From positions 166,968,001 through 167,032,000 of the forward strand of contig CM059425.1 of assembly GCA_030390025.1 (NCBI GenBank): 64,000 nucleotides of DNA. Reading direction: 5' to 3'. The translations under genes and the position numbers were made by a program. How positions within the stretch are numbered: position 1 is the stretch's first letter; each line of letters begins with the position of its first letter. Below are positions 34,485 to 48,030 of the stretch, piece by piece. Origin of the DNA: Squalus acanthias (taxonomy: Eukaryota). A model generated the notes under the pieces. It ran no database searches and was not told the DNA's origin. It saw only the letters and a list, made by a program, of their open reading frames with translations.

Positions 34485-36221
34485 ACGAGTGTGGAGCAAA
34501 TGGAGGAGTCCATCGCGAACATGAGCAGAGCCTTTGTGGAGACATTGGCGCATGAACATATCACCACGGAAAGGATGGCAACCTCCGTGGAAAGGATGGC
34601 TACAGTAGAGGAGAGATGGCTACGGTAGAGGAGAGGATGGCTACGGCCATGGAGGAGCTTAGTTGCCAGGGTATTGAAAACATGGTCATTGTTCAGAATA
34701 GACTGACATCTCTTGAGGAGCGATGGTCAGTTATTGAGCATAGAAACCAAACCTTCATGGAAGTCCTCTGGAGTAGGACTTCCAGTACAGAAACGGGTCC
34801 TCATGGCCCCCCGAAGTGCAGCAAGGTGCTGTCAAGCCACTTGCTAGCTCTGAAGTGGGGCTGACCCATGAGAGGGATGTTGGTGGCAGACAACAAGGAA
34901 GTGGGGGCTCCTCTCCAAGTGCTCACATGACCATGCCACTGCAAAGCACTCGGTCACAGCCCCACCAGAGTCCTCACCCAACTGAGATGGGCGTCTCAGC
35001 CCCTGCACAGCCACAGGAGCAGCAGACTGTTGCCGAGCCCTCACAGGTTTGCAACTCGAGAGGATGGCTGCCAAAGGTGTCGAGACAGGAGCAGCAAGAA
35101 AGTGAGCAAGGGGCCTCCACATCTGCTGAAGCCACAGGGGAAGCACCACGTAGGAGCACGTGTAAGAGGAAGATAAAGCACAAGTAGTCACAAGGGTAGT
35201 CACTGGGTGTTCTGTTGTATTGATTTTTGACAAGCCATCCTTGAATTGTTATGATAAACAGATTTGATGGCAAACTGTTGAAGTTGTGGCCTGTGTCATT
35301 TCGCAAATGGGACTTCCACATTGAGGGCTTAGGGCGACATGCAATTGTCAGTATGGTGGTCAGGGTGATAGGATTCCGCAGGTTCTTGTCCATTGTCGAT
35401 GCACAGGTAAGAAGGTGCGAGGCAAAAGTGTTTGATTGTGCAGGCTAAGCAAATCTGGCCAACATGAGTGCGTCCCTTGCATCCCGGGCAGCAATGTGGT
35501 CGCATGCTGGCACCTTCTGGCCTGTGCAGCTTCAGGTGGGTGAGCAGCAGCTTGGCGCTCCTATTGTTGCTCCTGCTGTTGGTGGTGCTGTTGTTCAGGG
35601 TTCTGCTGCTGCCGCAGCTGGTCTTCATCTGAATCTGATGTCCAGGAATAAAGGAAATAAATGGTTCCCATGCTTCTGGTATATACCTCAGTTGAGGAAG
35701 CGCTCAGTCAAGGTGGGGAGAGGGGTTTCACAGGACGTCACACTGGAGATGGGTGTCAGGCTCCAAACTTCCACAACAATGAGTAGGCCTGTTAAAAGTT
35801 CCCCCAGACCTGAGACAACAAAGTTCTGCCACCTGCAAATGATCATTGGTGAAAACTCCTTTTTAACGGTGGAGCTGTAGCTGTTAGTAAGCAATCCACT
35901 TGTGAGGCCACCAGGATTAACTGGCGTGTTCCAGAGGAGATGTGCAGGATGGTGGAAATGTGTTAAATTCAGAAAGGCTTCTCAAAATGGGATTATAGAG
36001 ACAATTAACTGGTCGTTAAGGGCCTTAAGGGCCTATCCCACCTCTTGGAGGCAGGATGGAAATGGGGTCTGAAACCACGATTGTGGGAAAATTGCTCAGA
36101 GGCGGGATGGATGTGGGATCGGACCCACCTGCCATTTCTTGCGATTTTGACAACTCACACGCCTCCAAACCCGCTTCCTCGGGCCTGGTAAAATCAAGCC
36201 CATGGTGTCTAAGAAAGATTA

Positions 36222-36983
36222 TGGGGTCAATTATTACTCACGGGCAGGAATGCAGCTAGTGAGCAGCCGGACCATGCTGTAGTAGGGAGGCTCGGCTGAT
36301 TTTAACAGCTGGGCCTCAGTCGCTTGCCTCTTGTTGCCATCCCAAAATTCTAAGAAGTTGATGGAAAATGGCTGCCCGGCTGTTCAGAGGCCGCTGCTGG
36401 AGACCCAGGGGAATCGTTCCCGGCACAATGTAAGTGGATTGAAGAGCTTGGCAAGGAATCGCGGTGGGAGGTGTGGAAGGCCGGGGCAGGGGAGGGCCAA
36501 GCTATATTCCCTCTAATTTTTTTTTCCTGCACGGGTCCTTTAAATTTGCACGGTATCTCTTCAAGTGGCAGCACCTAGTGAGCGGCCTGTGGGGGACCTC
36601 ACAATTGGTGCGCAGCTGCGTACCTTAGGGGAAACATTGGTCCCAAGTTTACTTTTTGTGCATGCCTGCTCCTCCTTGCCAATGAGGAAACTTCAAATAA
36701 ATTTTAAAACCTTACTGGGCTGCTTATGGCCCTCGATGCTGTTCCCGGCAGCTTTGCCTTGATGGAGAAGCCACCACTGCTCCCCTGCTCACGCCTCAGG
36801 TAAAAATAACAGTTAGGCCCTGATGACATCATCAAAGCATGATCTGTATAGTTAAAGAAGGACCCCACCGGCTTCCGACGGGTGTCCTTGCCGCCTACAA
36901 TTTAAAATCGCAGTAGGCCAGGAATGGAGTGGGTAAGCCCAGCCATCGTGTAACTGATTCCCCGCCTGGATTCCACCAGGCAA
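36222..36983. mobile_element. Possible non-autonomous Harbinger-type element
   Basis: GC-rich block with weak TIR-like ends (GGGGTCAATTATTAC, GTTGAAATCCACCCG) and the TGATGACATCATC motif also seen at about 33837. Confidence 0.4.
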
Positions 36984-37612
36984 AGGAAGTTGAAATCCAC
37001 CCGTAACTCCAATTGTAACTTGGGGGCGCTGTTTCTGTTTTTGATTGCTCTCAGTTTTACCTCTTCCCTGACTGTCCTCTTCCTGTATAGTGCTGACAAT
37101 ATTTTACTCATGTTTTACATCTGCAGTTATGCTTTTGTCCAGGTCACTGTTTGCTCTCTGACATCCATTTAACATCTATCTGTCTGTCCATTATTCATCC
37201 CAGTGAAACACTTCACCTTCTGCCTGCAGGATTTGTAGAGGGCAATGGGGGAAGAAATTCTACTCACGCCAGTTTCCACTCCTCCTGGCTCCACAGAAAT
37301 GAAAGTTTTAAAAGGTTCCCTAGCTGTTTTTTGAGCAGCCTCCTTTGGTCCCCTTAAGGATTTACTTCATCTTTCAAATGCTGACAAGCCTCATTGGAGT
37401 CTGTAACCTTTTGAATTTATTGCTCGTTTTTCACATTAACCCTAGTGTGCACCTTGGTGCTGCTGGAGAAGTAGATGACTTCTGACCTATTGCTAAAGAA
37501 GCCGGCATTAAATGAAATGGGTAAATGAAGTCTTCTTGAACCTCCATTCCTACACTACTAAATCTTCTGCAGAGACAAGCTTAATTGGATCCTTTGTCTT
37601 ACATAACCTCAG

Positions 37613-40232
37613 CCTGATAATAAAGGATGACATAAGGACAGTAGCAAGAAAGGATCTTGGCTTTGAAGATCAGGAGGTAGAATCAGTATAGGTGGAGATA
37701 AGAAATAACAAGGGGCAGAAAACATTGGTGGGAGTAGTTTATAGGCCCCCAAACAGTAGCTATACCATTGGACAGAGTATTAATCAACAAATAATAGGAG
37801 CTTGTATCAAATGTAATACAATAATCATGGGGGACTTTAATCTACATATAGACTGGGCGAATCAAATTGGCAAAGGTAGTCTGGAGGATGAGTTCATGGA
37901 ATGCATTCGAGACATAGAATAATATGTCATGGAACCAACCAGGGAGCAGTCCATTTTAGATCTTATATTGTGTAATGAGACAGGGTTAATTAGTAATCTC
38001 ACAGTAAAGGATCCTCTGGGGAGGAGTGATCATAATATGATGGAATTTCACATTGAGTTTGAGAGTGAAATACTTCAGTCAGAAATGAGAGTCTTAAACT
38101 TAAATAAAGCCAATTACATAGGTATGAGAGGTGAGTTGGCTAAGGTAGATTGGGAAATTAGATAAAAGGTATGACGATAGATAAGCAGTGGCAAACATTT
38201 AAAGAAATATTCCAAAATTCTCAATGAATATACATTGCTTGAGAAATAAAAACTCCACGTGAAAAGTGATCCATCCGTGGCTAAGTAACAAAGTTAAGGA
38301 TAGTATTAGATTAAAAGAAGAGGCTTATAATGTTGCGAAGAAAGCCTGAGAATTGGGAGAGCTTTAGAAACCAGCAAAGGATGACCAAAAAATTGATAAA
38401 AAAGGAGAAAATAGAAATGAGAGTAAACTAGCAAGAAATATAAAAACAGATTGGAAGAGCTTCTACAAGTATGTAAAAAGGAAGAGAGTAGCAAAAGGTC
38501 CCTTAGAGGCTGAGACAGATGAAATTATAATGGGGAATAAAGAAATGGCAGAGACTTAAAACAAATATTTTGTATCTGTCTTCACAGTAGAAGACACGAA
38601 AAGCATACCAAAAATAGTGGGGTACCAAGGGGTTAATAAGAGTGAGGAACTTAAAGTAACTATGATCAGTAGAGAAAAAGTACTTGAGAAACTAATGGGA
38701 CTAAAAGCTGACAAATCCCCTGGACCTGATGGCCTACATCCTAGGGTTCTAAAAGAGGTGACTGCAGAGATAGTGGATGCATTGGTTGTGATCTTCCAAA
38801 ATTCCCTAGATTCTAGAATGGTCCCAGCGGATTGGAAGGTAGCAAATGTAACCCCGCTGTTCAAAAAAGATGGGAGAGAGAAAATGGGGAACTACAGGCC
38901 AGTTAGCCTGACATCAGTTGACGGGAAAATGCTGGAATCCATTATTAAGGAAGCACTTAGAAAATCATAATATGATTAGGCAGAGTCTACGTGGTTTTAT
39001 GAAAGGGAAATCGTGTTTAACAAATTTATTAGAGTTTTTGAGGATGTAACTAGCAGGGTAGATAAAGGGAAACCAGTGGATGTAGTATATTTGGATTTCC
39101 AAAAGACATTCGATAAGGTGCCACATAAAAGGTTGCTATGCAAGATAAGGGTTCATGGGGTTGGGGGTAATATATTAGCATGGATAGAGGATTGGTTAAC
39201 AGACAGAAAACAGAGAGTAGGGATAAATGGGTCATTTTCCGGTTGACAGGCTGTAACTAATGGAGTGCCACAAGGATCAGTGTTTGGGCCTCAAGCTATT
39301 TACTATCTATATTAATAACTTAGAGAAAGGGATCGAGTGCAATGTATCCAAGTTTGCTGACGATACAAAGCTAGGTGGGAAAGTAAGCTGTGAGGACACA
39401 AAGAGCCTGCAAAGGGATATAGACAGGTTAACTAAGTGGGCAATAAGGTGGCAGATGGAGTATAATGTGGGGAAATGTGAGATTATATACTTTGGTAGGA
39501 AGAATAGAAAAACAGAATATTTTTGAAATGGTGAGAAACTATTAAATGTTGGTGTTCAGAGAGATTTAAGTGTCCTCATACAAGAAACACAGAAAGTTAG
39601 TGCAGGTACAGCAAGAAATTAAGAAGGCAAATGGCATGTTGGCCCTTATTGCAAGGAGGTTGGAGTACAAGGGTAAGGAAATCTTACTACAATTGATGAG
39701 ACCACACCTGGAGTACTGTGCACAGTTTTGGTCTCCTTATCTGAGAAAGGAAATGCATGTCTTAGAAGCAATGCAACAAAGGTTCACTAGATTGATTCCT
39801 GGGATGAGAGGGTTGTCCTATGAGGAGAGATTGAGTAAATTGGACCTATACTCTCTGGAGTTTAGAAGAATGAGAGGTGATCTCATTGAAACATATAAGA
39901 TTCTGAAGGGGATTGACAGGGTAGATGCTGAGAGATTGTTTCTCCTGGCTGAAGAGTCTAGAACTAGGGGGCATAGTCTGAGGATAAGGGGTCGACCATT
40001 TAAGACCGGGATGAGGAGGAATTTCTTCACTCAGAGGGTTGTGAATCTTTGGAATTCTGAGTCATTCAAGGCTGAGATAGATTTTTGGACTCTAGGGGAA
40101 TCAAGAGATATGGGGATCGGCCAGGAAAGTGGAGTTGAGGTGGAAGATCAGCCATGATCTTATTGAATGGCGGAGCAGGCTCGAAGGGCCGTATGGCCTA
40201 CTCCTGCTTCTAATTCTTATGTTCTTATGTTC
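37613..40232 (+). mobile_element. CR1 LINE ORF2 and 3' end, degenerate
   Basis: VYRPPN, GDFN, SDH, PGPDG, FADDTKLGG, RPHLEYC; TTCTTATG tail. Confidence 0.93.
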
Positions 40233-40376
40233 TCAGGACTGTTGTTCACTGATTGAAAGGTGAAATACACTGTGGCTGATCAGGATATGAAGCATGAAAA
40301 TGTGCAAGGCTCATGTTGCAAATGACCCTCTCCCCCAAGTGATCAACTCAACAATTTTGCTGCTTGAGGAAACTAA

Positions 40377-40894
40377 TCATAGAATCTTATAGCACAGAAG
40401 AAAGCCATTCGGCCCATCGTGCCTGTGCCGGCTCTTTGGAAGAGCTATCCAATTAGTCCCACACGCCTGCTCTTTCTCCATAGCCCTGTCAATTTTTCCC
40501 CATTCAAGTTTTTATCCAATTCCCTTTTGAAGGTTGCTATTGAATCTGCTTCTATCACCCTTTCAGCCAACGCATTCCCGATCATAACAACTTACCACGT
40601 GAGTTTTTTTTCCTCATGTCGCCTCTGGTTCTTTTGCCAATTACCTTAAATCTGTACCCTTTGGTTACCGACAGTTTCGCCTAAATTACTCGATCAAAAC
40701 CCTTCATGATTTTGAACAGCTCTATCAAATCTCCTCTTAACCTTCTCTACTCTAAGAAAAACATCCCCAGCTTCTCCAGTCTCTCCACATAACTGAAGTC
40801 CCTCATCCCTGGAACCATTCTAGTAAATCTCTTCTGCACCCTCTCCAAAGCCTTGACATCCTTCCTAAAGTGTGGTGCCTAGAATGGGACACAT
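40377..40894 (-). mobile_element. CR1 3' end
   Basis: Reverse-complement homology to about 55765-56297. Confidence 0.85.
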
Positions 40895-40895
40895 T

Positions 40896-41401
40896 GGCCC
40901 CGATATTAATGGGGAGGTAGCGAGCTAGGGGAGGTGTATCAGCCGGGAAATGTGGGTTTCCCAGAGGTCCTGCTGAATTTAATGGCAGGACCTCATTTAA
41001 ATTTTTTAATCCATTTCTCAGCATGCAGCTGTAGGGTGGGAAGACCTGTGGCACCGGGCTGCGGCCAGGGAGCAGAGAGGAGAGAGGGAGGGAGAGGTTG
41101 TGGGCCGGAGAGGATATCGGGGGTGGGGTGGTTGCTGGAGAGGACATGGGGGGAGGATGGGGAGGAGGCCTCGGTGGAGATCGCGGGCCATGAGTAGATC
41201 GGCAGGGGCTGGGGGGTGGGGGGCAAGCAGCCTAATTAAAATATTTCAATGACGACCCGCCTCTGGAGAACAGAATAGTCATCTGTCCCACAAACTGCCT
41301 CCGTTAAAACCATTGAAAATTGGAGGTGGGTTGGGATCGAGTTTCTAATTTTTGAATTCCCACCCCTCTCCCGCTATTCCTGTGAGGTTAAAATTCCCCC
41401 C
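40896..41401. mobile_element. Probable Harbinger-type MITE
   Basis: Starts GGCCCCGATATTAA (compare 63369) and ends TTAAAATTCCCCCC. Confidence 0.55.
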
Positions 41402-41404
41402 TAT

Positions 41405-42108
41405 GGGCTAGAAATTCGCCTCCTTTGTGCCTCCTGTTAGCATCTCTGGGGGGCGATAACGGGGTGCTACCAGCTTTGCGACTGGCTGCGACGAGAGTAC
41501 TGATGCCCGCAAAATTCCCGTCGAGGTTTGCGGTGGCGGTAACCCCAAGCAACACGATCTCCTGCGCCCAGAGATCATGATGTCATCGCACTGCGCATCG
41601 CCCCGGTAGCGCCCTGGACCCGAAATTCGGTTCCGCCCCTTGCATCATTGACGGGCAACAACATCAACAGCTGCAGGAAGGCCGGCCGCTTGGGGAGTGG
41701 TATTTAAAGGTGATGATGGTTGCGTGAAAAAAAAATCTTCTTAATGCCCTACGTCCATTTTTCAGCATTTTCTTCGGCCACAATCGATCAGCCCTGCACT
41801 CTGCTAGAGTGCTTGGAGCTGATCGCGTCGAATCGCGGCTGCGAGGTGTCAAGGGACCTTGTTTCAATGCAAAGCCTCTGTTCCCGGCAGCGCTGACCTC
41901 GAGATTTGGCAGCGCTGTACCGCTACCGCCCCTCTTGCCGGCTTTAGCACTCCAAGGGAAGTGGTAACGCTTGATTTAGCGCTCCACTTCTTTCTTGGAA
42001 CGCGACAACTGAATTTCGCGGGAGCCTATTATCATTAGCACCTGGTGCTAATTTTTCAGCTTTCGAAGTTTTAACGCCCCAAACGGGGCTATAATGAATT
42101 TCTCCCCC
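41405..42108. mobile_element. GC-rich Harbinger-type MITE, 704 bp
   Basis: GGGCTAGAAATTC and GAATTTCTCCCCC; TAT at 41402-41404 and 42109-42111; related to 8941-9554 and 56308-56675. Confidence 0.85.
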
Positions 42109-42205
42109 TATGAATATTGTCAATAAAATCATAGTTGATGCAGTTGTACATCAGTAACAAGAAGATTGAAAGTGTAGACCTTGTGGGGACGATTTTCGCC
42201 AAATA

Positions 42206-44322
42206 CTTTTTTTTTATTCGTTCATGGGATATGGGCTTTGCTGGCAAGGCATTTATTGCCCATCCCTAATTGCCCTTGAGAAGGTGGTGGTGAGCTGCCG
42301 CCTTGAACCGCTGCAGTCCATGTGGTGAAGGTACTCCCACAGTGCTGTGAGGGAGGGAGTTCCAAGATTTTGACCTAGCAACGATGAAGGAACAGCGATA
42401 TATTTCCAAGTCAGGATGGTGTGTAAGTTGGAGGGGAACTTGCAGGAGATGGTGTTCCCATGCGCCTGCTGCCCTTGTCCTTCTAGGTGGTAGAGGTCGC
42501 GGGTTTGGGAGGTGCTGCCGAAGAAGCCTTGGCGAGTTGCTGCAGTGCATGTTGTAGATGGTACACACTGCAGCCACGGTATGCCGGTGGTGGAGGGAGT
42601 GAATGTTTAAGGTGGTGGATGGGGTGCCAATCAAGCGGGCTGCTTTGACCTGGATGGTGTCGAGCTTCTTGAATGTTGTTGGAGCTGCACTCATCCAGGC
42701 AAGTGGAGAGTATTCCATCACACTCCTGACTTGTGCCTTGAAGATGGTGGAAAGGCTTTGGGGAGTAAGGAGGTGAGACACTTACCTCAGAACATCCAGC
42801 CTCTGACCTGCTCTTGTTGCCACAGTATTTATGTGGCTGGTCCAGTTAAGTTTCTGGTCAATGGTGACCCCTAGGATGTTGATAGTGGGGGGATTCGATG
42901 ATGGTAATGCCGTTGAATGTCAAGGGGCGATGGTTAGACTCTCGCTTGTTGGAGATAGTCATTGCCTGGCACTTGTGTGGCTCGAATGTTACTTGCCACT
43001 TATCAGCACAAGCCTGGATGTCGTCCCCATCTTGCTGCATGCGGGCATGGACTGCTTCATTATCTGAAGAGTTGCGAATGGAACTGAACACTGTGCAATC
43101 ATCAGCGAACACCCCCACTTCTGACCTATTGATGGAGGGACGGTCATTGATGAAGCAGCTGAAGATGGTTGGGCCTAAGACACTGCCCTGAGGAACTCCT
43201 GCAGCGATGTCCTAGGGCTGAGATGATTGGCCTCCAACAACTACAACGATCTTCCTTTGTGCTAGGTATGACTCCAGCCAGTGGAGAGTTTTCCACCTGA
43301 TTCCCATTGACTTCAATTTTACTAGGGCTCCTTGATGCCAAACTCAGTCAAATGCTGCCTTGATGTCAAGGTCATTCACTCTCACCTCACCTCTGGAATT
43401 CAGCTCCTTTGTCCATTTTGGAACCAAGGCTGTAATGAGGTCTGGAGCCGAGTGGTCTTGGCGGAACCCAAACTGAGCATCAGTGAGAAGGTTGTTGGTG
43501 AGTAAGTGCCGCTTAATAGCACTGTCGATGACACCTTCCATCACTTTGCTGATGATTGAGAGCAGACTGATGGGGCGGTAATTGGCTGGATTGGATTTGT
43601 GCTGTTTCTGTGGACAGTTTTCCACATTGTCGGATAGATGCCAGTGTTGTAGCTATACTGGAACAGCTTGGCTAGAGATGCGGCTAGTTCTGCAGCACAA
43701 GTCAGCATGACAGCTGGGATGTTGTCGGGGCCCATAGCCTTTGCTGTATCCAGTGCGCTCAGCTGTTTTTTGATATTACGTGGAGTGAATCGAATTGGCT
43801 GAAGAGTGACTTCTGTGATGGTGGGGATCTCGGGAGGAGGCCGATATGGATCATCGACTCGGCACTTCTGGCTGATGATGGTTGCTAAAGCTTCAGCCTT
43901 GACTTTTGCACTTGCGTGCTGGGCTCCGCCATCATTGAGGATGGGGATATTCATGGAGCCTCCTCCTCCCATTAGTTGTTTAATTGTCCACCACCATTCA
44001 CGACTGGATGTTGCAGGACTGCAGAGCTTTGATCTGATCTGTTGATTGTGGGATCGCTTAGCTCTGTCTATAGCATGCTGCTTCCACTGTTTAGCATGCA
44101 TGTAGTCCTGTGTTCCCCAGGTTGGCACCTCATTTTTAGGTACTCCTGGTGCTGCTCCTGGCATGCTCTTTTACACTCCTCATTGAACCAGGGTTGGATC
44201 CCTGGCTTGATGGTAGTGGTAGAGTGAGGGATATGCCGGGCCATGAGGTTACAGATTGTGGCGGAATGCAATTCTGCTGCTGCTGATGGCCCACAGTGCC
44301 TCATGGATGCCCAGTTTTGAGC
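42206..44322 (-). mobile_element. Second LINE family, 5'-truncated
   Basis: KAMGPDNIP, NYRPISLLS, QFGFRQDHS, FADD, KSWNSLP; T10 tail at 42206. Confidence 0.9.
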
Positions 44323-45086
44323 TAAAGAAGTAAAGAGGTGGCCAAGATCAGGCCTTAAGCTGAAACGCTGGTTTAGCTCGTGCTTAGTGCAAGACGCCAT
44401 CTTGGTAAAGGAGTTGAAGCCAGCACTATGAACGGCCACCTGGAGACTTGTTAAACAGCTGATTGATACTTAAATTGCCTGCTAGTGCTCATTAAAGAGG
44501 CTGCACAGCATTTTGGTGGCTAGCGCTTCAACTAACAGCCTCTCCTAACAGCCTCTCCTAACAGTGACCAGCTGTTTGGGAGTAAACACCGAGTTGCTGT
44601 TGATTGCAAGTGTTACTTAAAGGGATACTCACAACTTAAAGGGATACTCACCATTTCATGTTCATTGCTGCTGGAGCTGTGCGGAGGACCTTTGAAACAC
44701 ACTGGAAGACTTTCTGGGACACTTTGTCAAGACTTCACCAACACTATCAACATTTATTCCAGAAATTCTCTGAGGACTTCACGTAAAAAGAGTAAGGCCT
44801 AGAAAGTGGATAAGGCTCAAAACCGGGCACGGGCAGTGCAAAGCGCGATGTGCCCCCGCCCCTTCATAGTGGTGCAGGCAGCACGCAAAATTCATGCTGC
44901 CTTCCCATTATAATGATTGCAGCGTTGATCTTAGTGCTAAACGTGCTGCAATTTGGCTTAGTGCTGAACAGGGGGGTCAATATCGGATGCAGTCTACTGG
45001 CCAATAAAGTTTGGCCTCGGCTCTCCACTACTTAAAGGGGAGGTGGTTTGTTGCAGAAGCACCTCATTGTCATTGTGAAGAAAGCC

Positions 45087-46930
45087 ATGGCCCAACAGCC
45101 AAGAGAGAGGGCGAGGAGATTTTCCGATGCAGCACTGGATGCTTTGGTCCTGGGGGTTCAAAGACGCTGTCAGGTCCTCTACCCGCAGGGGGGCAAAAGG
45201 CCTCCAAGGCAGAACAGCAGAAGGCTGTGGGAGGAGATAGCTGAAGCCGTCACTACGATGAGTGTTGTACCCAGGCCCTGGATCCAGTGCCACAAGAAGT
45301 TTAATGACCTCACACGAGTGGTCAAAGTGAGTGAATGCATCTTCAAATGCCATATCCCACCATTTGCACCACAAACCTCACACACTGCTCAAGGCACCAC
45401 ACCCCCATCACTCACCTACCAACAATCTCTAGCAATCACTACTCATAACTCACAATCATAGCTTCACTTCACCCTCGCACACTTACCACTGCTGCATCTC
45501 ACACCTTGCACACACTATTCAACCATGGCAAGCACATCACCCAAACACATTGAACCACATTCACTGATACACTTCCCTTTCTCTTGCAGGCAAAGGTGTC
45601 GCTGGGAGCAGCAGCACACGGGTGGAGGGGAGGGGAAGATGTCTGCGAATCTGACAGAGCTGGAGAGGCAGTGCTGGAGATCATTGGAGCGGCCGTCACA
45701 GAGTCCGTAGTGATCGGTGAATTTGAAAGCATTGCTGATGATGATGGTATGCACATACCTAATCCTTCTTCTCACATCCCACTTCCCCCCTCATCCCACA
45801 ATCTCTTCTCACTTACAAGCTGCACATGGTGTACGCATGGATATCTTGCTTTCCCCTCACCATAACCCGACCCTTGTGCCTTTCCCCTTTCAGGTACCAA
45901 GAAGTCCCACCAGCACAGCCTGTCACCGAAGCCATGGAGGAGGAGAGTGAAGGAGAAGCAGACACACTGTCACTGTATCTGAGATTCCAGGCACCAGCTC
46001 AGAAAATGGCACTGTGTGGACTTTAGAGGGTACTATAGACGCGGGATCTGCACATGGTGAGTCACCAGGCACTAGTGGGCTGCAGCCAGGCCAGGGGGAA
46101 AGGGTAGCTCGGGTTCCAGCTCCCTGGAGGGCGAGTTCGCGCACGGGTTCTGCTGCACAGATGATGACCTCGATGGGGCGGCCTTCAGAAGAAGGGTGAT
46201 GGGCATGCACACAGAAATGCTTGGTGCAATGGCAAGCCTGCCAGAGAGCCTCTTGTCAGTGTCAAGGACCATGGAGGAGTCTGGCTCCAACATTGCACGG
46301 GGCTTTGTGCGGAGCGTGGAGCCCGTGATTTCCAGAATGGAAATGGTGGACAACTCCATGAGAGACCTTGTGGACCCAGCCATGATGCTGTGTGTGATGG
46401 ATGATGTCACTGCTTCCATTGTAGCACAGTTCGATGCGACTCAATATCTCAGTGCTGCAGTGGAAGCTCAGACTGCTGCCATCATGGCTGGGTTTACGAG
46501 TGTGGAAAGGGGCTTGCAGGGTCTCACAGCACTCCAGCAATCTCTCCTCCAACAGATGGCTAGGAATGCTGAGGTACCGCCCTGGGGGAGTGGCAGTGGC
46601 TCTGTGGAGCAAGAACCTGTGGTCCTCTCTCAGGAGGACAGCATGTGTAGTCCCACCACTGCCACTCTGCCAGTGCCCTTGCTGCTGCCTGTCAGCCAGC
46701 CAACCAAGACTGCTGCCACCGATGCTGAGGTGGTGCAGTCTACAGCCGGGCCTTCTAGGCCCAGAGGTGCTCGAGGTCATCCTGCAAGGCCATCTGCAGG
46801 GTCCCCCATGGGAAGTCAGCAGCCTTCCACCAGCTATGCTGTAGCCACTGGGGGAGCACTTCGTAGGAGCACAAGAGTAGAAAAAGCAACACAAAAGACA
46901 GACACTAAGGGAATGCACATGGGTGATTAA
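45087..46930 (+). pseudogene. Harbinger Myb/SANT DNA-binding gene, three exons (45087-45326, 45590-45746, 45894-46930), frameshifts in exons 2-3
   Basis: RFSDAALDALV, LWEEIA, WIQCHKKFNDL; GT-AG sites with pyrimidine tracts, same layout in other copies. Confidence 0.85.
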
Positions 46931-47084
46931 TTGACGTTGTTGTGTAGTATTGGAATGGATAAATTTATAAATTATGTTTGGAATGTTTGTTTTGTGGTGG
47001 CTCTCACTTCAGCTTTGTGCCCAGGAGGACGCTGTGATGTTCCGTGACAGAGAGATGCTAAGATGGGGAAGTGGTGAGCAACGG

Positions 47085-48030
47085 GATTTGGGGTTTCATT
47101 CATTGGATCTGGAGTCTGATGAGGTTCTCGCAGACAACCCCCGTCTGGAATGGGGATCTGCTGCCTGCCCCTCCCTTCCTCCTCCTCCTCCTCCTCCTCT
47201 TCCTCCTTCTCCTCTTCCTCCTCCTCCTCCTGAGGTCATCCCAGAATCTGTGGTGGCAAGGGCTGCGCCTTCATGATGGCCAAGTTGTGGAGGATGCAGA
47301 TGACCACCACAAAATGGGACAACCACTCCGGGGTGTACTGGAGGGCTCCTCCCGAGCAGTCAAGGCTCGGAATCATTGTTTCAGCGGTAGTCTGCTCGAT
47401 GAGGTGTCTCGTGGCAGCATGGCTCTCATTATATGAATGCTGGCCACAAGTGGTGGGGTTGCGGAGGGGACTCAGCAGATAGCCCTTGTCTCCGAGCAGC
47501 CACCCTTGGGTTTGACGTGGTGGCTGGAAGATGGCTGGACTTGCACAGGATGAAGGCATCACGACTGCTGGAAGGATAACAGCATTCACCATCATTATGT
47601 GTTGGGCGTGGTCACACACCAACCGCACATTAAGTCAGTGGTACCTTTTGCGGTTATGAAACATCTCAGGATTGATATGCGGCGCCTGCAAAGCCATGTG
47701 TGTGTAGTCGATGGTGCCCTGCACCATGGGGAAGCTCAATATCCTGGCAAAGCCACATACACACTCCTTCTGCTTCTCTCTGTTCAGAGAAAAGACAATG
47801 AAGTCCCTTCTCCTGCAGTAGAGAGCCTCTGTGACCTCCCGGATGAAGCGATGGTCAGCGAACTGGGAGATGTTAGCTGTGTCTCCTGTTCCAGACTGAA
47901 AAGATCTGGTGGCAAAATAAATTGAGGGCCACGATGAACTTGAGGGCCACTGGTAACACCATCATCACCCTGCTCTGAGGCTGCAGGTCTGGTTGCAGGA
48001 GTGGCAGAGTTCTGTGACCACCTCTTTTGT
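47085..48030 (-). pseudogene. Harbinger DDE transposase (HARBI1-like), disrupted
   Basis: FPMVQGTIDYTH, NRKRYH*LNV, WLLGDKGY, YNESHAATRHLIEQT, ICILHNLA, then acidic tail. Confidence 0.9.

Larger units (their letters stand above)
33662..36201 (+). mobile_element. Harbinger element, second family, internally deleted
   Basis: 16-bp TIRs GGGCTCGATTTTACCA and TGGTAAAATCAAGCCC (15/16), flanks ATA and ATG; Myb exon plus C-terminal exon ending RRSTCKRKIKHK. Confidence 0.85.

Noticed and set aside
34570..34650. GAGGATGGCTAC-type tandem repeats as a novel array
   Set aside because: Short heptad-like coding repeats within the Harbinger Myb third exon
47165..47232. (CCT)n and (GAG)n tracts here and near 27760, 30975 and 56895 as independent microsatellites
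   Set aside because: All fall at the acidic C-terminal tail position of the Harbinger transposase
45087..48030. Domesticated host NAIF1/HARBI1 genes
   Set aside because: Flanked by TIRs and a TAA duplication, multicopy and disrupted
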